This document shows, in pieces, positions 9,501 through 17,701 of a DNA stretch of 43,321 bases. The position numbers and the translations under genes are program-made. The DNA comes from an uncultured Bacteroidales bacterium. Its GTDB lineage: Bacteria; Bacteroidota; Bacteroidia; Bacteroidales; JBBRXJ01. The DNA lies in the NCBI GenBank assembly GCA_964390955.1, contig CAYMKE010000002.1, positions 1 to 43,321 on the forward strand, read 5' to 3'. A model generated the notes under the pieces. It saw only the letters and a list, made by a program, of their open reading frames with translations, ran no database searches and was not told the origin of the DNA. Position 1 is the first letter of the stretch, and every line of letters starts with the position of its first letter.

Positions 9501-11161
9501 TGGATTTGATCGGAAAAAAATACCTGGTGATAAAAGGAGAAGTCAACACCCCCAATGACCTTGTTGAAATGGTATTCATCACTGCCGTGGAAGACAGCAC
9601 AGACATTTACATTAATGGTGCATTGAAGGCAAATATCAATGCATTTGAAACCTTTGCAGATACATTAATCACCAACACAAGCTATATTGAAGCCTCAAAA
9701 GACATTTATGTATACCACCTGGCTGGTTTTAACTGTAATATGGGAGGAGCTGTATTGCCCACCATTGAAGGTTGCACTGGCTCTCATAGTGTAAGTTTTA
9801 CCCGCTCACTCCCCCGCCCGTTTTATCTAAACCTGATGGTCAGGGATGGCGGACAGGATGAGTTTACGCTCCATTATGAAGACGGAACCACCTGGCACCT
9901 GCCAGATACCCTGTTTGAACAGGAACCCATTTCAGGTTGGTGGACATTAAAAGATGACCATGAATTGTTTGCTGACGGGAAAGGTGGAGGAATCCCAACC
10001 GGGAAGAACGTAACCATTACCAACAATACACTTTTTCACATGGGATTTGTAAATGGTGAGCACAACCAAGGATGCAGCTATGGTTATTTTTCAAATTTTG
10101 CCGAAGATCCCGGCAGTGCAAAAGTTATTGCTACCGGCACAAATTTAATCTCCCGCTGTTATGGCAAAAAGGTTGCATTACAAGCCTCCGGAGGTTACGC
10201 GTATGAATGGACACCACAGGATTATTTTGATGATCCATATAGTGCTTTCCCCATTGCAACACCACCAAAAAGAGGTCAAATATATACAGTAAACATTTCC
10301 AATGAATGCAGCGGGGATACAGCTATACAGGTTACCATTCTGCCAATGCCACAAGCCCATGTATCCATACAAGATACTACAGGATGCAGCCCGGTCACTA
10401 CTGCTTTATACAACCAGTCTGTCGGTGCAAACCTGTTTAAATGGGATTTTGATGGAGACGGACTTTTTGATTCGGTATATTATGACACGGCATATACAAA
10501 CCACACAGATACTTTAGTATATTCGTACACGAATAATACAAACGATACAACCCGGATACACCCGGTATTGGTTGCCTCCTATAACGATAAGTGCCCCAGC
10601 CATGATTCTACCGAAATTTTGCTTTATCCTTATATAAAAGCAGATATTACCATTTCGGATACGCTCCTGGACTCAAGTGCCGTTGTTACAATAACAAATG
10701 AATCAATCGGAGCCAACTCATTCATGCATATTTTTGGCGATGGAGATACTTCTTATACCGCTACTTATCAATTTTTACATTCCTATGACAATCCAAGTAC
10801 GTATGACACCATTTACACGTATCAATTGATTGCTTCTAATCGTCGTTGTTTTGATACTGCATCCCAGGATATTCTTGTAAAAGGAAAGCCTTTGCAAATC
10901 AAAGCAGTAAAACAAGAAACCCTTTCGGTTTATCCAACCCTCTTAGAGGATGAAGAAATGCTGCATGTAAACAATTCATCAGGCGAAAGATTGAAATATA
11001 ATATTTACAACATGCAAGGGCTTAAAATGATTTCCGGGTCTGTTCAAGGAAAGCATGCGCAAATTTCAACAAAAACGCTTATCCCGGGGAGTTATTTAAT
11101 CACGTTTACTGACCCGTCCGGGAATGTATGGATCACAACAAAACAAATTGTCGTACAATAA
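6593..11161 (+). CDS. large secreted T9SS cargo protein (type A C-terminal sorting domain) with an internally duplicated ~710-aa module and PKD-like repeats
   Basis: 1522 aa. Signal peptide 'MKRIKCAFIVLLLFAISAFSQ'. Two modules each begin 'FWFVAPDITSGHD'. PKD-type motifs 'KWDFDGDG' occur near nt 8326 and 10438. The C-terminal ~80 aa ('LSVYPTLL ... YNIYNMQGLKM ... LIPGSYLITF ... IVVQ') match the Por/T9SS type A sorting domain pattern. Confidence 0.85.
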   Translation: MKIMKRIKCAFIVLLLFAISAFSQTDNKFWFVAPDITSGHDANPPYVGGEPIYLVLTSTGTPVEVRVHQPANTSFDTIFVPIAAGESKKIELTSQIDYIENFPSSNVNNKGLLIESKGGDITAYYEVGTVNNPDLFALKGKNALGYEFVVPSQNIWENNTWWYDPAPQHSIHIVATVDNTVIQITPTQDAEGHTADSTSEITLNKGQTYNLKGTGSTGPEHLAGTKIEVVSGGKIAITLSDDSIPRKSCADLNGDQMIPVDLIGKEYLVIKGEVNTPGDLPEMVFITAVEDSTDIYINGALKANINAFETFADTLITNTSYIEASKDIYVYHLAGFSCEMGGAVLPTIEGCIGSHSVSFTRSLPRPFYLNLMVRDGGQDEFTLHYEDGTTWHLPDTLFEKEPISRWWTIKNTHELFVDGKDGGIPTGENVTITNDTLFHLGLVNGEHNRGCNYGYFSNFAVDMGSVEIISKTYDQNSNLQVLCPGETSTFKATGGYKYEWTPHDHLDDPYSATPTASPPEGTHEYTAHIYRECFSDTFRKVTVVVFPVANPHFTVDITRGCTSHEALFMNDSSGANDYKWDFDGDGIFDFTDTVFHDTLRYTYTNTGTEDSIFYPRLINSYHGFCAHEHVDTIIIPPRPRAGFTVSDSVIESRQMLTFVNNATGFYEECTLSFGDNIISTTCDTVNHTYYNQTYSDTTYMAQWIVRNQHCADTATKEIHVKGEFSHITPPAVNQSTQQFWFVAPDITSGHDPNPPYLGGEPIFLVLTSTGNPVEVSIHQPANPLFDTINLDIPAGESRKIELTSQIDYIENFPSNSINNKGILIESKGGDITAYYEVGTVNNADLFALKGKNALGYEFIVPSQNIWENNTWWYSPDPYQSIHIVATVDNTVIQITPTQDAEGHTADSTSEITLNKGQTYNLKGTGSTGPEHLAGTKIKVVSGGKIAVTLADDSIYRESCADLNGDQMIPVDLIGKKYLVIKGEVNTPNDLVEMVFITAVEDSTDIYINGALKANINAFETFADTLITNTSYIEASKDIYVYHLAGFNCNMGGAVLPTIEGCTGSHSVSFTRSLPRPFYLNLMVRDGGQDEFTLHYEDGTTWHLPDTLFEQEPISGWWTLKDDHELFADGKGGGIPTGKNVTITNNTLFHMGFVNGEHNQGCSYGYFSNFAEDPGSAKVIATGTNLISRCYGKKVALQASGGYAYEWTPQDYFDDPYSAFPIATPPKRGQIYTVNISNECSGDTAIQVTILPMPQAHVSIQDTTGCSPVTTALYNQSVGANLFKWDFDGDGLFDSVYYDTAYTNHTDTLVYSYTNNTNDTTRIHPVLVASYNDKCPSHDSTEILLYPYIKADITISDTLLDSSAVVTITNESIGANSFMHIFGDGDTSYTATYQFLHSYDNPSTYDTIYTYQLIASNRRCFDTASQDILVKGKPLQIKAVKQETLSVYPTLLEDEEMLHVNNSSGERLKYNIYNMQGLKMISGSVQGKHAQISTKTLIPGSYLITFTDPSGNVWITTKQIVVQ
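6677..8806 (+). repeat. intragenic tandem duplication, unit 1 (2130 nt, 710 codons)
   Basis: Constant offset of exactly 2130 nt to unit 2 at every anchor I checked: 6871/9001, 6941/9071, 7171/9301 and 7681/9811. Identical runs: 7111-7273 = 9241-9403 and 7652-7789 = 9782-9919. Confidence 0.95.
8807..10936 (+). repeat. intragenic tandem duplication, unit 2
   Basis: See unit 1. The first ~1.3 kb of each unit is near-identical at nucleotide level. The last ~0.8 kb (PKD-like part) is recognisable mainly at protein-motif level. Confidence 0.95.
10922..11158 (+). other. T9SS type A C-terminal sorting domain (sub-feature of the 6593-11161 CDS)
   Basis: 'LSVYPTLLEDEEMLHVNNSSGERLKYNIYNMQGLKMISGSVQGKHAQISTKTLIPGSYLITFTDPSGNVWITTKQIVVQ' has the typical '-YPNP-like ... 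-Y-[ILV]-x-N-x-x-G ... GxYxx' architecture, positioned at the extreme C-terminus. Confidence 0.8.
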
Positions 11162-11204
11162 AAATAAATTGCATAAATTGTTCAACCATGAATACTTGAT
11201 TTAT

Positions 11205-11212
11205 TAGTTTTG
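11205..11212 (+). promoter_or_regulatory. candidate -7 box (TAGTTTTG) for the nitroreductase/PatB pair
   Basis: Matches TAnnTTTG, 28 nt upstream of the ATG at 11241. Confidence 0.4.
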
Positions 11213-11240
11213 CACATGTATCAATTAAAAAAATAGCATT

Positions 11241-11765
11241 ATGGCATTCCTTGATTTGGCAAAACAACGGTATTCATCAAGAAAATACCAGGACAAACCT
11301 GTAGAAAAAGAAAAAATTAATTATGTGCTGGAAGCTGCACAAGCTGCCCCGTCAGCAAAGAATTTACAACCGATTCAATTGGTCGTGGCAACCGATAAAG
11401 AACAACTGGAAAAAGCACAAAGCTGTTATGGCCTGCCATGGATTAAAACAGCGCCTGTCATCATCATCGTTTGTGGTGACCATAGACAGGCTTGGCGGCG
11501 GGGCGACGGGAAAATCCACACAGACATTGATGCAGCCATTGCCATTGATCATATGACACTTGCAGCAACTGATGCAGGATTGGCTACCTGCTGGATTTGT
11601 AAATTTGATGCCCTGAAATGCAGCGAGCTGTTTGTTTTGCCTGAAGGCCTGGAACCCATTGCAATGCTTCCCCTGGGATACCCTGATGACCAACCAAACA
11701 CTGAACGGCATAACAAACGAAAGCCTCTCGATGAATTGGTTCATTGGAACACATTGAAAAAATAA
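11241..11765 (+). CDS. nitroreductase family protein
   Basis: 174 aa. N-terminus 'LDLAKQRYSSRKYQDKPVEKEKINYVLEAAQAAPSAKNLQP' is the classic nitroreductase opening (R-x-S-x-R ... P-S-x-x-N-x-Q-P). 'IAIDHMTLAATDAGLATCW' is consistent with the family core. Confidence 0.85.
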   Translation: MAFLDLAKQRYSSRKYQDKPVEKEKINYVLEAAQAAPSAKNLQPIQLVVATDKEQLEKAQSCYGLPWIKTAPVIIIVCGDHRQAWRRGDGKIHTDIDAAIAIDHMTLAATDAGLATCWICKFDALKCSELFVLPEGLEPIAMLPLGYPDDQPNTERHNKRKPLDELVHWNTLKK

Positions 11766-11780
11766 ACCCCTTCTTCCCCA

Positions 11781-12968
11781 ATGCAATATAATTTTGATGA
11801 ATTCATTGACCGGAATCATACTTCTTGCATGAAATACGATATGCGGGAAAGATTATTTGGAACCTCCGGTGTCATCCCACTGTGGGTAGCAGACATGGAT
11901 TTTAAAACACCTGATTTTATCACCAATGCCCTGCAAAAACGGCTTGACCATCCAATTTACGGGTATTCATTTCGTCCTTCTGGTTTTTATGATTCTGCTG
12001 TTTCATGGATGCAGGAAAGGCATCAATGGAAAATAACACGTGAAGACATGGTGTTCAGTCCTGGTGTAGTGCCAGCACTCAACTTTGCAGTGGAACTATA
12101 TACTTCGCCCGGGGACAGTGTTATCGTTCAGCCTCCCGTGTATTTCCCATTTTTTTCTGCCATTAAAAACCAGGGCCGGAATATCATTTACAACGAGTTG
12201 CAGTTAAAAGACGGTAGGTATTTTATGGATCTTGATGATCTGAAAAAACAAATTGGCCACAGAACCAAAATGATTTTTTTGTGCAATCCTCATAACCCGG
12301 GTGGAATGGTGTGGACGAAAGAAGAACTTACAGAACTGGCCACGATTTGCCTGCAACACAACATCCTGATCATATCAGATGAAATCCATTCCGATCTTAT
12401 ATTTCCGGGGCACAAGCACATCCCGATGGCCTCATTATCAGAGGAGGTTACCAATCATACCATCACCTTCATGGCTCCCAGCAAGACATTTAACCTGGCA
12501 GGCCTCTCTACATCCATTGCCATAATCCAAAACAAAGCATTAAGAGAACAGTTTAACAATGCTATACACCAAATGCATTTACATAATGGCAATATCTTTG
12601 GCAATGTAGCGCTTGAAGCAGCTTATTCGCATGGCAGCGACTGGGTTGACCAACTCATGCAATACCTGGACAACAACCTGAATTTCATGAAAGACTTCAT
12701 TCAATCCCGGATTCCTGCCATTGAATTGATCAGGCCCGAAGCAACATATCTTGTTTGGTTAAATTGCAAAGGCCTGCAAATGAACAATAAAACATTAAAA
12801 GACTTCATGATCCACCAGGCTGGCTTAGGACTCAGCGATGGTGTTTTATTTGGCCCCGGCGGCAGTGGTTTTCAACGAATAAATATCGGGTGCCCTGCTA
12901 AACAACTGAAAAAAGCATTGGAACAATTGGAACAGGCAGTGAATAATCTTCAATTACAACAAAGATAA
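11781..12968 (+). CDS. MalY/PatB-type PLP-dependent C-S lyase (class I/II aminotransferase fold)
   Basis: 395 aa. 'YNFDEFIDRNHTSCMKYD' and 'IPLWVADMDFKTP' are typical of PatB/MalY. PLP-lysine motif 'APSKTFNLAGL'. 'LCNPHNPGG' is also present. Confidence 0.87.
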   Translation: MQYNFDEFIDRNHTSCMKYDMRERLFGTSGVIPLWVADMDFKTPDFITNALQKRLDHPIYGYSFRPSGFYDSAVSWMQERHQWKITREDMVFSPGVVPALNFAVELYTSPGDSVIVQPPVYFPFFSAIKNQGRNIIYNELQLKDGRYFMDLDDLKKQIGHRTKMIFLCNPHNPGGMVWTKEELTELATICLQHNILIISDEIHSDLIFPGHKHIPMASLSEEVTNHTITFMAPSKTFNLAGLSTSIAIIQNKALREQFNNAIHQMHLHNGNIFGNVALEAAYSHGSDWVDQLMQYLDNNLNFMKDFIQSRIPAIELIRPEATYLVWLNCKGLQMNNKTLKDFMIHQAGLGLSDGVLFGPGGSGFQRINIGCPAKQLKKALEQLEQAVNNLQLQQR

Positions 12969-13008
12969 TGTTGTTAATAAATATTATGACTATAGAAAAA
13001 AATGATGC

Positions 13009-13101
13009 TTTGGTAACGTAGTGCTTGAAGCAGCTTATTTGCATGGCGGCGACCGGGTTAACCAACTCATGCAGTCTCTGAACAACAACCTGAATTAAAT
13101 G
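13009..13101 (+). pseudogene. 31-codon relic of a MalY/PatB-type gene (copy of nt ~12597-12685 of the upstream gene)
   Basis: 'FGNVVLEAAYLHGGDRVNQLMQSLNNNLN*' aligns with 'FGNVALEAAYSHGSDWVDQLMQYLDNNLN' in the intact gene. The nucleotide alignment over ~88 nt has roughly a dozen mismatches. The fragment is bounded by stops upstream (TGA 13003-13005) and at its end. Confidence 0.6.
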
Positions 13102-13383
13102 AGAAAAATTTTTCAAATACATGTTATACCACAAAGCGGTTAACTTTTATTATTAAAATATACTCCTGATCCATTTTTATTACTATATTTGCTCACGTAT
13201 ACCGGATGATTGGAACCGGATCAACCTGAAAATAATATTTTTTAAAAATGAATTCCCGATTCATTTTTTGAACCCGGGTTTTATTGTTTTTGTCTTGTAT
13301 AAAAGCTTAGCAGAGTATTCTTTTTTTACTTCTGATCTCAAATCATAAACTTACTTTTTAAATTTTTAAACTGTACATTAAGT

Positions 13384-13773
13384 ATGTGTAAAAAAATCTT
13401 AACAGGATTCTTTTTTTCTGTTGTATTTATGAATCTGTATTCCCAGGATACAGCAAGAACAAGGTGTATTAACTATAAATCTATGATGGGCTGCCCGTTT
13501 GGTACCAGTTGTTATTACAATAAGGACAAAAATGTGTGTATTAAACCTGATAATGATACCGGTAAAGGGTTGGTTGAATGGATCAATGCATTAAAAATAG
13601 ACGGTAAATTAGAATATAATGAAGACGTTGAAACCATTTCACGAAGAAATTTCTTATTGTATATTTATGAAGACACTGAAGCACCCCTTCCACAGACAGA
13701 AGAAATTTACCTGGATTGTCCCGGTTGCAAAAGATTTTATGATTTATGTCTTGATTCCGTTTTGATTGAGTAA
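13384..13773 (+). CDS. hypothetical small secreted Cys-rich protein
   Basis: 129-aa ATG ORF. Signal-like N-terminus 'MCKKILTGFFFSVVFMNLYSQ'. Nine Cys residues. I recognise no family. Confidence 0.55.
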   Translation: MCKKILTGFFFSVVFMNLYSQDTARTRCINYKSMMGCPFGTSCYYNKDKNVCIKPDNDTGKGLVEWINALKIDGKLEYNEDVETISRRNFLLYIYEDTEAPLPQTEEIYLDCPGCKRFYDLCLDSVLIE

Positions 13774-14113
13774 TCAATAAAATCCTGTTGTACCTGCTTC
13801 TTTCTTATCTGGCACATTACCAGTCCGGGATTAAATGTATTGCCGTCATCGGGCTTGTATGTTCGTTTTCTGAATTCCATTATAAAACGAAGGGTAAAAA
13901 AATTTTCTATTTCTCATGTTGAAGCATTCAGTTTTAAAAATCTTGCCGAAAATAAAATTTACACCCAAAACAAAAATAATGCGGTTTAAATAAACTTATC
14001 TATGTACTCAATATAGAAGGCATTTTAAAAGATATATTAATAAGTAGTTGTAGTATCATTTTTTTTATTATATTTATATGTAATAAAAATTTCTTTGCTA
14101 AAATGGATGTTAT

Positions 14114-14121
14114 TATATTTG
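14114..14121 (+). promoter_or_regulatory. candidate -7 box (TATATTTG) for the type B cargo / PorP operon
   Basis: Matches TAnnTTTG, 25 nt upstream of the ATG at 14147. Confidence 0.4.
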
Positions 14122-14146
14122 ACAGTCCAATACAGAATTAAAATTA

Positions 14147-17100
14147 ATGAATAAACTTAAATATTATATTATTTTATTAGTTGCTTTGTTATCAAACCTA
14201 CAAAGCCGTTGCGATGTGTTTTTTGTAAGTGATTCGATACCAAATTTTTACACAAAAGTTACAAGCATAAACCAGTCTGACTCTGCAACGATTGATAGTG
14301 TGAAAGTAAGTAATACGGGTTTATTCTCTGAAAATGATTTAGCGCTGTTAATACAAATGAAAGGAGCAGAAATTGATTTGTCCACACAAATTGTTACAAA
14401 CATTCATAATAGCGGGAAATATGAAATATTGAAAATTAATGATGTAGATGATGTTAATGGGTATATAGTTTTTTCATCAAATTTGATTAATAAATATGAT
14501 CCTCAGCAAGCAGTTCAATTGATTCATATTCCCACGCATTATAATGCAACCCTTGAAAAAGATATTACGTGTAAAAAATGGGACGGGCAAACAGGTGGAG
14601 TACTTGCTTTATTTGCTGAAAATAAACTGGTACTTGATGCTGATATTGATGTAAGTGGAAAAGGGTTCAGGGGTGCTGATCCGGCAGGGGATGTGTATAA
14701 TGGTGATTGTTCTTCTGTAGATTCTGCCGGATATAGCCGGTTGTATTATACTTCTTCAGCCGTAGACAGTGCAGGGAAAAAAGGAGAGGGAATTATTAAT
14801 ACCGGATTTCAGTATACAAAAGGAATGGGAAGTGCAATTAATGGAGGAGGTGGTGGCAATGGAATGCTTGCTGGCGGGTACGGAGGTGGCAATTATAATT
14901 ATGGAGGCTCAGGAGGAGACGAATATATAATGTGTAATACAATTTATAATAAACCTCAAAGCGCTAAAATACCCAGCGGATATTATACAAATAATGCACC
15001 CCATAAAAACAGGGTGTTTTTAGGCGGCGGTGGTGGATGCGGAACACAAACAGTTGCAGGAAGTGCCACCAAAGGAGGAGATGGCGGTGGAATTGTAATT
15101 ATAATTACAGACTCTTTGGTAACCAATAATCATAATATTATATCGAATGGACAAAATGTAACAGATACAGCCAATGATTTTGGTGGAGCAGGTGGAGGTG
15201 GAGCAGGTGGCACCATTGTTTTAGATGCAAAATCAATTACAGGTAAATTAAATATTCAAGCAAAAGGCGGTAATGGAGGTTACACAAAAGGAAGTAATTG
15301 TACAGGCCCTGGCAGTGGAGGAGGAGGTGGTTTGTTTTGGCATAGTGGTTCTTTACCTTCTGAAGATTCATTAAATATACTGTTGGATGGAGGCCGGCAG
15401 GGCCGGACGAGTGATTGCGGGTCTCATGGAACAACTACAGGCTCTAAAGGTGATACAATGAATCAATTGATTCCTCCATTAAATGGATTTTTATATAATT
15501 ATATCAAAGAAAAAGCCAAAGAAATATGCCAGGGAGACATTCCCACATCGTTTACAGGAACCACACCTAAAGGCGGAGAAGGCACATATTCTTTTATCTG
15601 GCAGCATAAAAGCACCAGTGGTGATTGGGAACCGGCTACTGAAGGTACTTATTTACAGAAAGACCTTGTATTTAACGACCCGTTAAGTGATACTTTGCAA
15701 TACAGAAGGATCGTTACCTCGGGAGGATATAATGATACAAGTGAAATTGTTCAAATAAATGTGATTCCTTCCATACAACATAACAATATTATTAACAATC
15801 AGACCATTTGTCTTGGTAATAAAGCCGATACACTAAAGCAGGGAATAATACCTCTTGATGGCGGAACCGGAACATACCGGTTTCAATGGGAATATTCTGA
15901 GAATGGAAGCCTTTGGGACACGGTAAATGAGGCAGGAGATCAATCTTTTTATTTACCAGGTGCATCAATGGATACCATACTCTATAGGAGAAAAGTAATA
16001 TCAGGAGTTTGTAACGATATCAGCGATACAATAACCATCACTGTATTGCCTGTCATATCAAATAACACGATATCAGATGAACAGTATGTTTGTGGCCCCG
16101 GCCAACCCGATACAATTACAGGCAGTAACCCTGCCGGAGGAGATGGGGGAACATATTCATATATGTGGATGAAAACAACGGATACATCTATGAATTGGGA
16201 CACAGTGCACGGACAAAACAAAAAATCATTATACCTTCCGGGAATCATATCTGATACCATTTATTACAAAAGAATTGTATATTCAGGGACAAACAATGCC
16301 TGTATAGATACAACAAATATTCATGCAGCAAACGTCATCCCGCCATTAGAAGATAATGTGCTGGCTGTTCATGCTGATACTGTGTGTAAACATGCTATAT
16401 GTGATACGATAAAGGCATCAGTCCCTCAAAAAGGAGGAGGCATGTCAACATATCAATACGAATGGATAAAAAGTTATAATGGAATGGATTGGGAAATAAC
16501 AGCGTGTACAACACGACATTACCCTCCGGAAATGATATCGGAACCCATACTTTTCAAACGCATTGTCCATTCCTATACATGCCACGATACAAGTAATAAT
16601 ATGAATTTTTCTTTATATCCATCACCCAATGCTGTACTTGTTTCAATGGATACGAATATTTGCAGCGGAGACAGCGTTGAACTATCTGTTAGTGTATCAG
16701 GACAATACAGCCCATGGAGTATTGTATATTCAGGCGGTTACGGGACATTTGATTCAGTGAAAAATATTTATAATGATACATCGGCCTTTATTACTCCTGA
16801 AACAACAGATAGTAATACACAATTCAGATATAAAATAACAACAATAACCAACAGGTTAGGTTGTTCAACATCCGATACAAATAATATTGAAGGAACTGCT
16901 GTTGTTAATACATTTGGTTGGCCAACACCAAATGCCGGGCCCGACATGGAATTTTGTGATACAACCGGGGTGATGAATGCGATACGAAGTTTTGGAAACA
17001 CCCACTGGCAAAATTTAAACGGAAACGATTCTGTTGTGATTGAACAACCGGATAAACCAGACACCAGGGTAAATGTTAATATTACAAATGAAGAGACATT

Positions 17101-17692
17101 CAGGTTTCTTTGGCAAGAAACCAACTGGCAATGCCAACGTCAGGATACCGTTAATGTAAGCTTTTATCTCCCTCCCCAACCCGATGCAGGAGAAGATATC
17201 GTATTAATGTTTAAACGGGATACTGTGTTAAATGCAGATTCACCCGGTCATAATGAAACAGCTTTTTGGGATATTATTAAAGGATCGGGGTTTATTGAAA
17301 ATGATTCGTCATCGTCTGCTGAAATCCATGATCTATCATATGATGAAACGAATTACATTACCTGGAATGTAAAAAAAGGAGTTTGTGATTTGGCCTCCGA
17401 TACAATAAAAATTACCATATTAGACATGGAAATACCTACCGGATTTTCTCCAAATAACGATGGAGTAAATGATCAATTTTTTATTAGAGGGCTTAATGAA
17501 TCATATAAAAATGAATTAATCGTATTCAATAAATGGGGAAATATTGTATATTCTTCAAAAAATTATCAAAATGATTGGGGAGGATATAATAAACATAATA
17601 AACAATTGATGGAAGGTACTTACTTTTATTTTTTAAAAGTAAAAGGAGAAATATCATCAGAGAAAAGTGGATTTATTGTAATAAAAAGATAA
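14147..17692 (+). CDS. T9SS type B (gliding-motility-associated) C-terminal-domain cargo protein with a glycine-rich N-terminal region and four ~95-aa tandem modules
   Basis: 1181 aa. Signal peptide 'MNKLKYYIILLVALLSNLQS'. Gly-rich repeats include 'GGGGGNGMLAGGYGGGNYNYGGSGG' and 'GGAGGGGAGGTIVLDA'. Four modules carry C-x(n)-GG-x-GTY-x-[FY]-x-W ... W. The C-terminus 'PTGFSPNNDGVNDQFFIRGL ... LIVFNKWGNIVYSS ... GTYFYFLKV' matches the type B CTD. Confidence 0.88.
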   Translation: MNKLKYYIILLVALLSNLQSRCDVFFVSDSIPNFYTKVTSINQSDSATIDSVKVSNTGLFSENDLALLIQMKGAEIDLSTQIVTNIHNSGKYEILKINDVDDVNGYIVFSSNLINKYDPQQAVQLIHIPTHYNATLEKDITCKKWDGQTGGVLALFAENKLVLDADIDVSGKGFRGADPAGDVYNGDCSSVDSAGYSRLYYTSSAVDSAGKKGEGIINTGFQYTKGMGSAINGGGGGNGMLAGGYGGGNYNYGGSGGDEYIMCNTIYNKPQSAKIPSGYYTNNAPHKNRVFLGGGGGCGTQTVAGSATKGGDGGGIVIIITDSLVTNNHNIISNGQNVTDTANDFGGAGGGGAGGTIVLDAKSITGKLNIQAKGGNGGYTKGSNCTGPGSGGGGGLFWHSGSLPSEDSLNILLDGGRQGRTSDCGSHGTTTGSKGDTMNQLIPPLNGFLYNYIKEKAKEICQGDIPTSFTGTTPKGGEGTYSFIWQHKSTSGDWEPATEGTYLQKDLVFNDPLSDTLQYRRIVTSGGYNDTSEIVQINVIPSIQHNNIINNQTICLGNKADTLKQGIIPLDGGTGTYRFQWEYSENGSLWDTVNEAGDQSFYLPGASMDTILYRRKVISGVCNDISDTITITVLPVISNNTISDEQYVCGPGQPDTITGSNPAGGDGGTYSYMWMKTTDTSMNWDTVHGQNKKSLYLPGIISDTIYYKRIVYSGTNNACIDTTNIHAANVIPPLEDNVLAVHADTVCKHAICDTIKASVPQKGGGMSTYQYEWIKSYNGMDWEITACTTRHYPPEMISEPILFKRIVHSYTCHDTSNNMNFSLYPSPNAVLVSMDTNICSGDSVELSVSVSGQYSPWSIVYSGGYGTFDSVKNIYNDTSAFITPETTDSNTQFRYKITTITNRLGCSTSDTNNIEGTAVVNTFGWPTPNAGPDMEFCDTTGVMNAIRSFGNTHWQNLNGNDSVVIEQPDKPDTRVNVNITNEETFRFLWQETNWQCQRQDTVNVSFYLPPQPDAGEDIVLMFKRDTVLNADSPGHNETAFWDIIKGSGFIENDSSSSAEIHDLSYDETNYITWNVKKGVCDLASDTIKITILDMEIPTGFSPNNDGVNDQFFIRGLNESYKNELIVFNKWGNIVYSSKNYQNDWGGYNKHNKQLMEGTYFYFLKVKGEISSEKSGFIVIKR
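17426..17689 (+). other. T9SS type B C-terminal sorting domain (sub-feature of the 14147-17692 CDS)
   Basis: The motif series 'P-x-[AG]-F-[ST]-P-N-x-D-G-x-N-D', 'F-[NDS]-[RK]-W-G' and 'G-T-Y-[FY]-Y' sits in the last 88 residues. Confidence 0.85.
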
Positions 17693-17701
17693 AAGTAGAG
17701 A

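Noticed and set aside
6677-10936. Large direct repeat, considered as a possible CRISPR-like or IS-bounded structure, or as two adjacent paralogous genes
   Set aside because: The repeat unit is 2130 nt and there are no spacers. The reading frame is continuous, with no stop or start signal at the junction (8806/8807), so it is an intragenic duplication.
13244-13268. 10-bp hairpin 'aaaaatgaat-tcccg-attcattttt' followed by T residues, a possible bidirectional terminator
   Set aside because: The stem is entirely A/T apart from one G-C pair. It lies 276 nt from the nearest upstream stop. It is plausible but too weak to list as a feature.
13780-13930. Minus-strand short frames ('MRNRKFFYPSFYNGIQKTNIQ..', then 'KPDDGNTFNPGLVMCQIRKKQVQQDFIDY') upstream of the type B cargo gene, considered as a gene relic or an invertible promoter region
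   Set aside because: I recognise no family. No flanking inverted repeats that would indicate an invertible promoter switch (inverton) were found, only an 8-bp hairpin at 13862-13891.
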